Shown here one piece after another: positions 58,845 through 58,865 of a stretch of DNA of 58,865 bases. The position numbers were made by a program, and so were the translations under genes. The number at the start of each line of letters is the position of its first letter. Position 1 is the first letter of the stretch. The stretch lies in NCBI GenBank assembly GCA_050246815.1, contig JBFWVI010000017.1:1-58865 (forward strand), given 5' to 3'. This DNA is from Bdellovibrionales bacterium (lineage in GTDB: Bacteria; Bdellovibrionota; Bdellovibrionia; Bdellovibrionales; UBA1609). Under the pieces are notes generated by a model. It saw only the letters and a program-made list of their open reading frames with translations, had not been told where the DNA came from and ran no database searches.

Positions 58845-58865
58845 ATGATAAGCATCTACAGAGAA
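58845..58865 (+). CDS. Start of next gene (runs off window)
   Basis: GAGG then ATG 10 nt after the kinase stop; open to the window end. Confidence 0.35.

Overview
Bacterial chromosomal window; gene content suggests a Bdellovibrionota-like organism (inference, not proven). 1-5.4 kb is the AT-richer right end of an integrated island. It holds an IS3 end interrupting an Avs/STAND-like defence gene, a free-standing GIY-YIG/NUMOD1 nuclease and tRNA-Arg 3'-end-like scars. 5.5-40.5 kb is a microoxic/metal-homeostasis region: two cytochrome c'-like TPR proteins, DUF2231 proteins, a P2-type ATPase, cueR-copA, arsC-aquaporin, a signal-peptide P450, beta-CASP/USP/CBS genes, a NifL-like PAS kinase with a sigma54 activator, ccoI-S-NO-Q-P-G and a HemG fusion. 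A palindrome GRGACA-N3-TGTCYC recurs at five intergenic sites and at four of them precedes a sigma54 -24/-12 element, three times at the same 39-nt offset. This outlines a candidate redox regulon, and the first gene of one target operon appears inverted. tRNA-Thr(CGT) and tRNA-Arg(CCG) are followed by accessory genes (GH-like lipoprotein, ABC exporter, HEPN protein). The right end carries HPF/RaiA-like genes, an MNIO (DUF692) RiPP cluster and a phosphorelay cluster in which an HPF-like domain is fused to a receiver domain. All calls come from reading motifs by eye; no searches were run.
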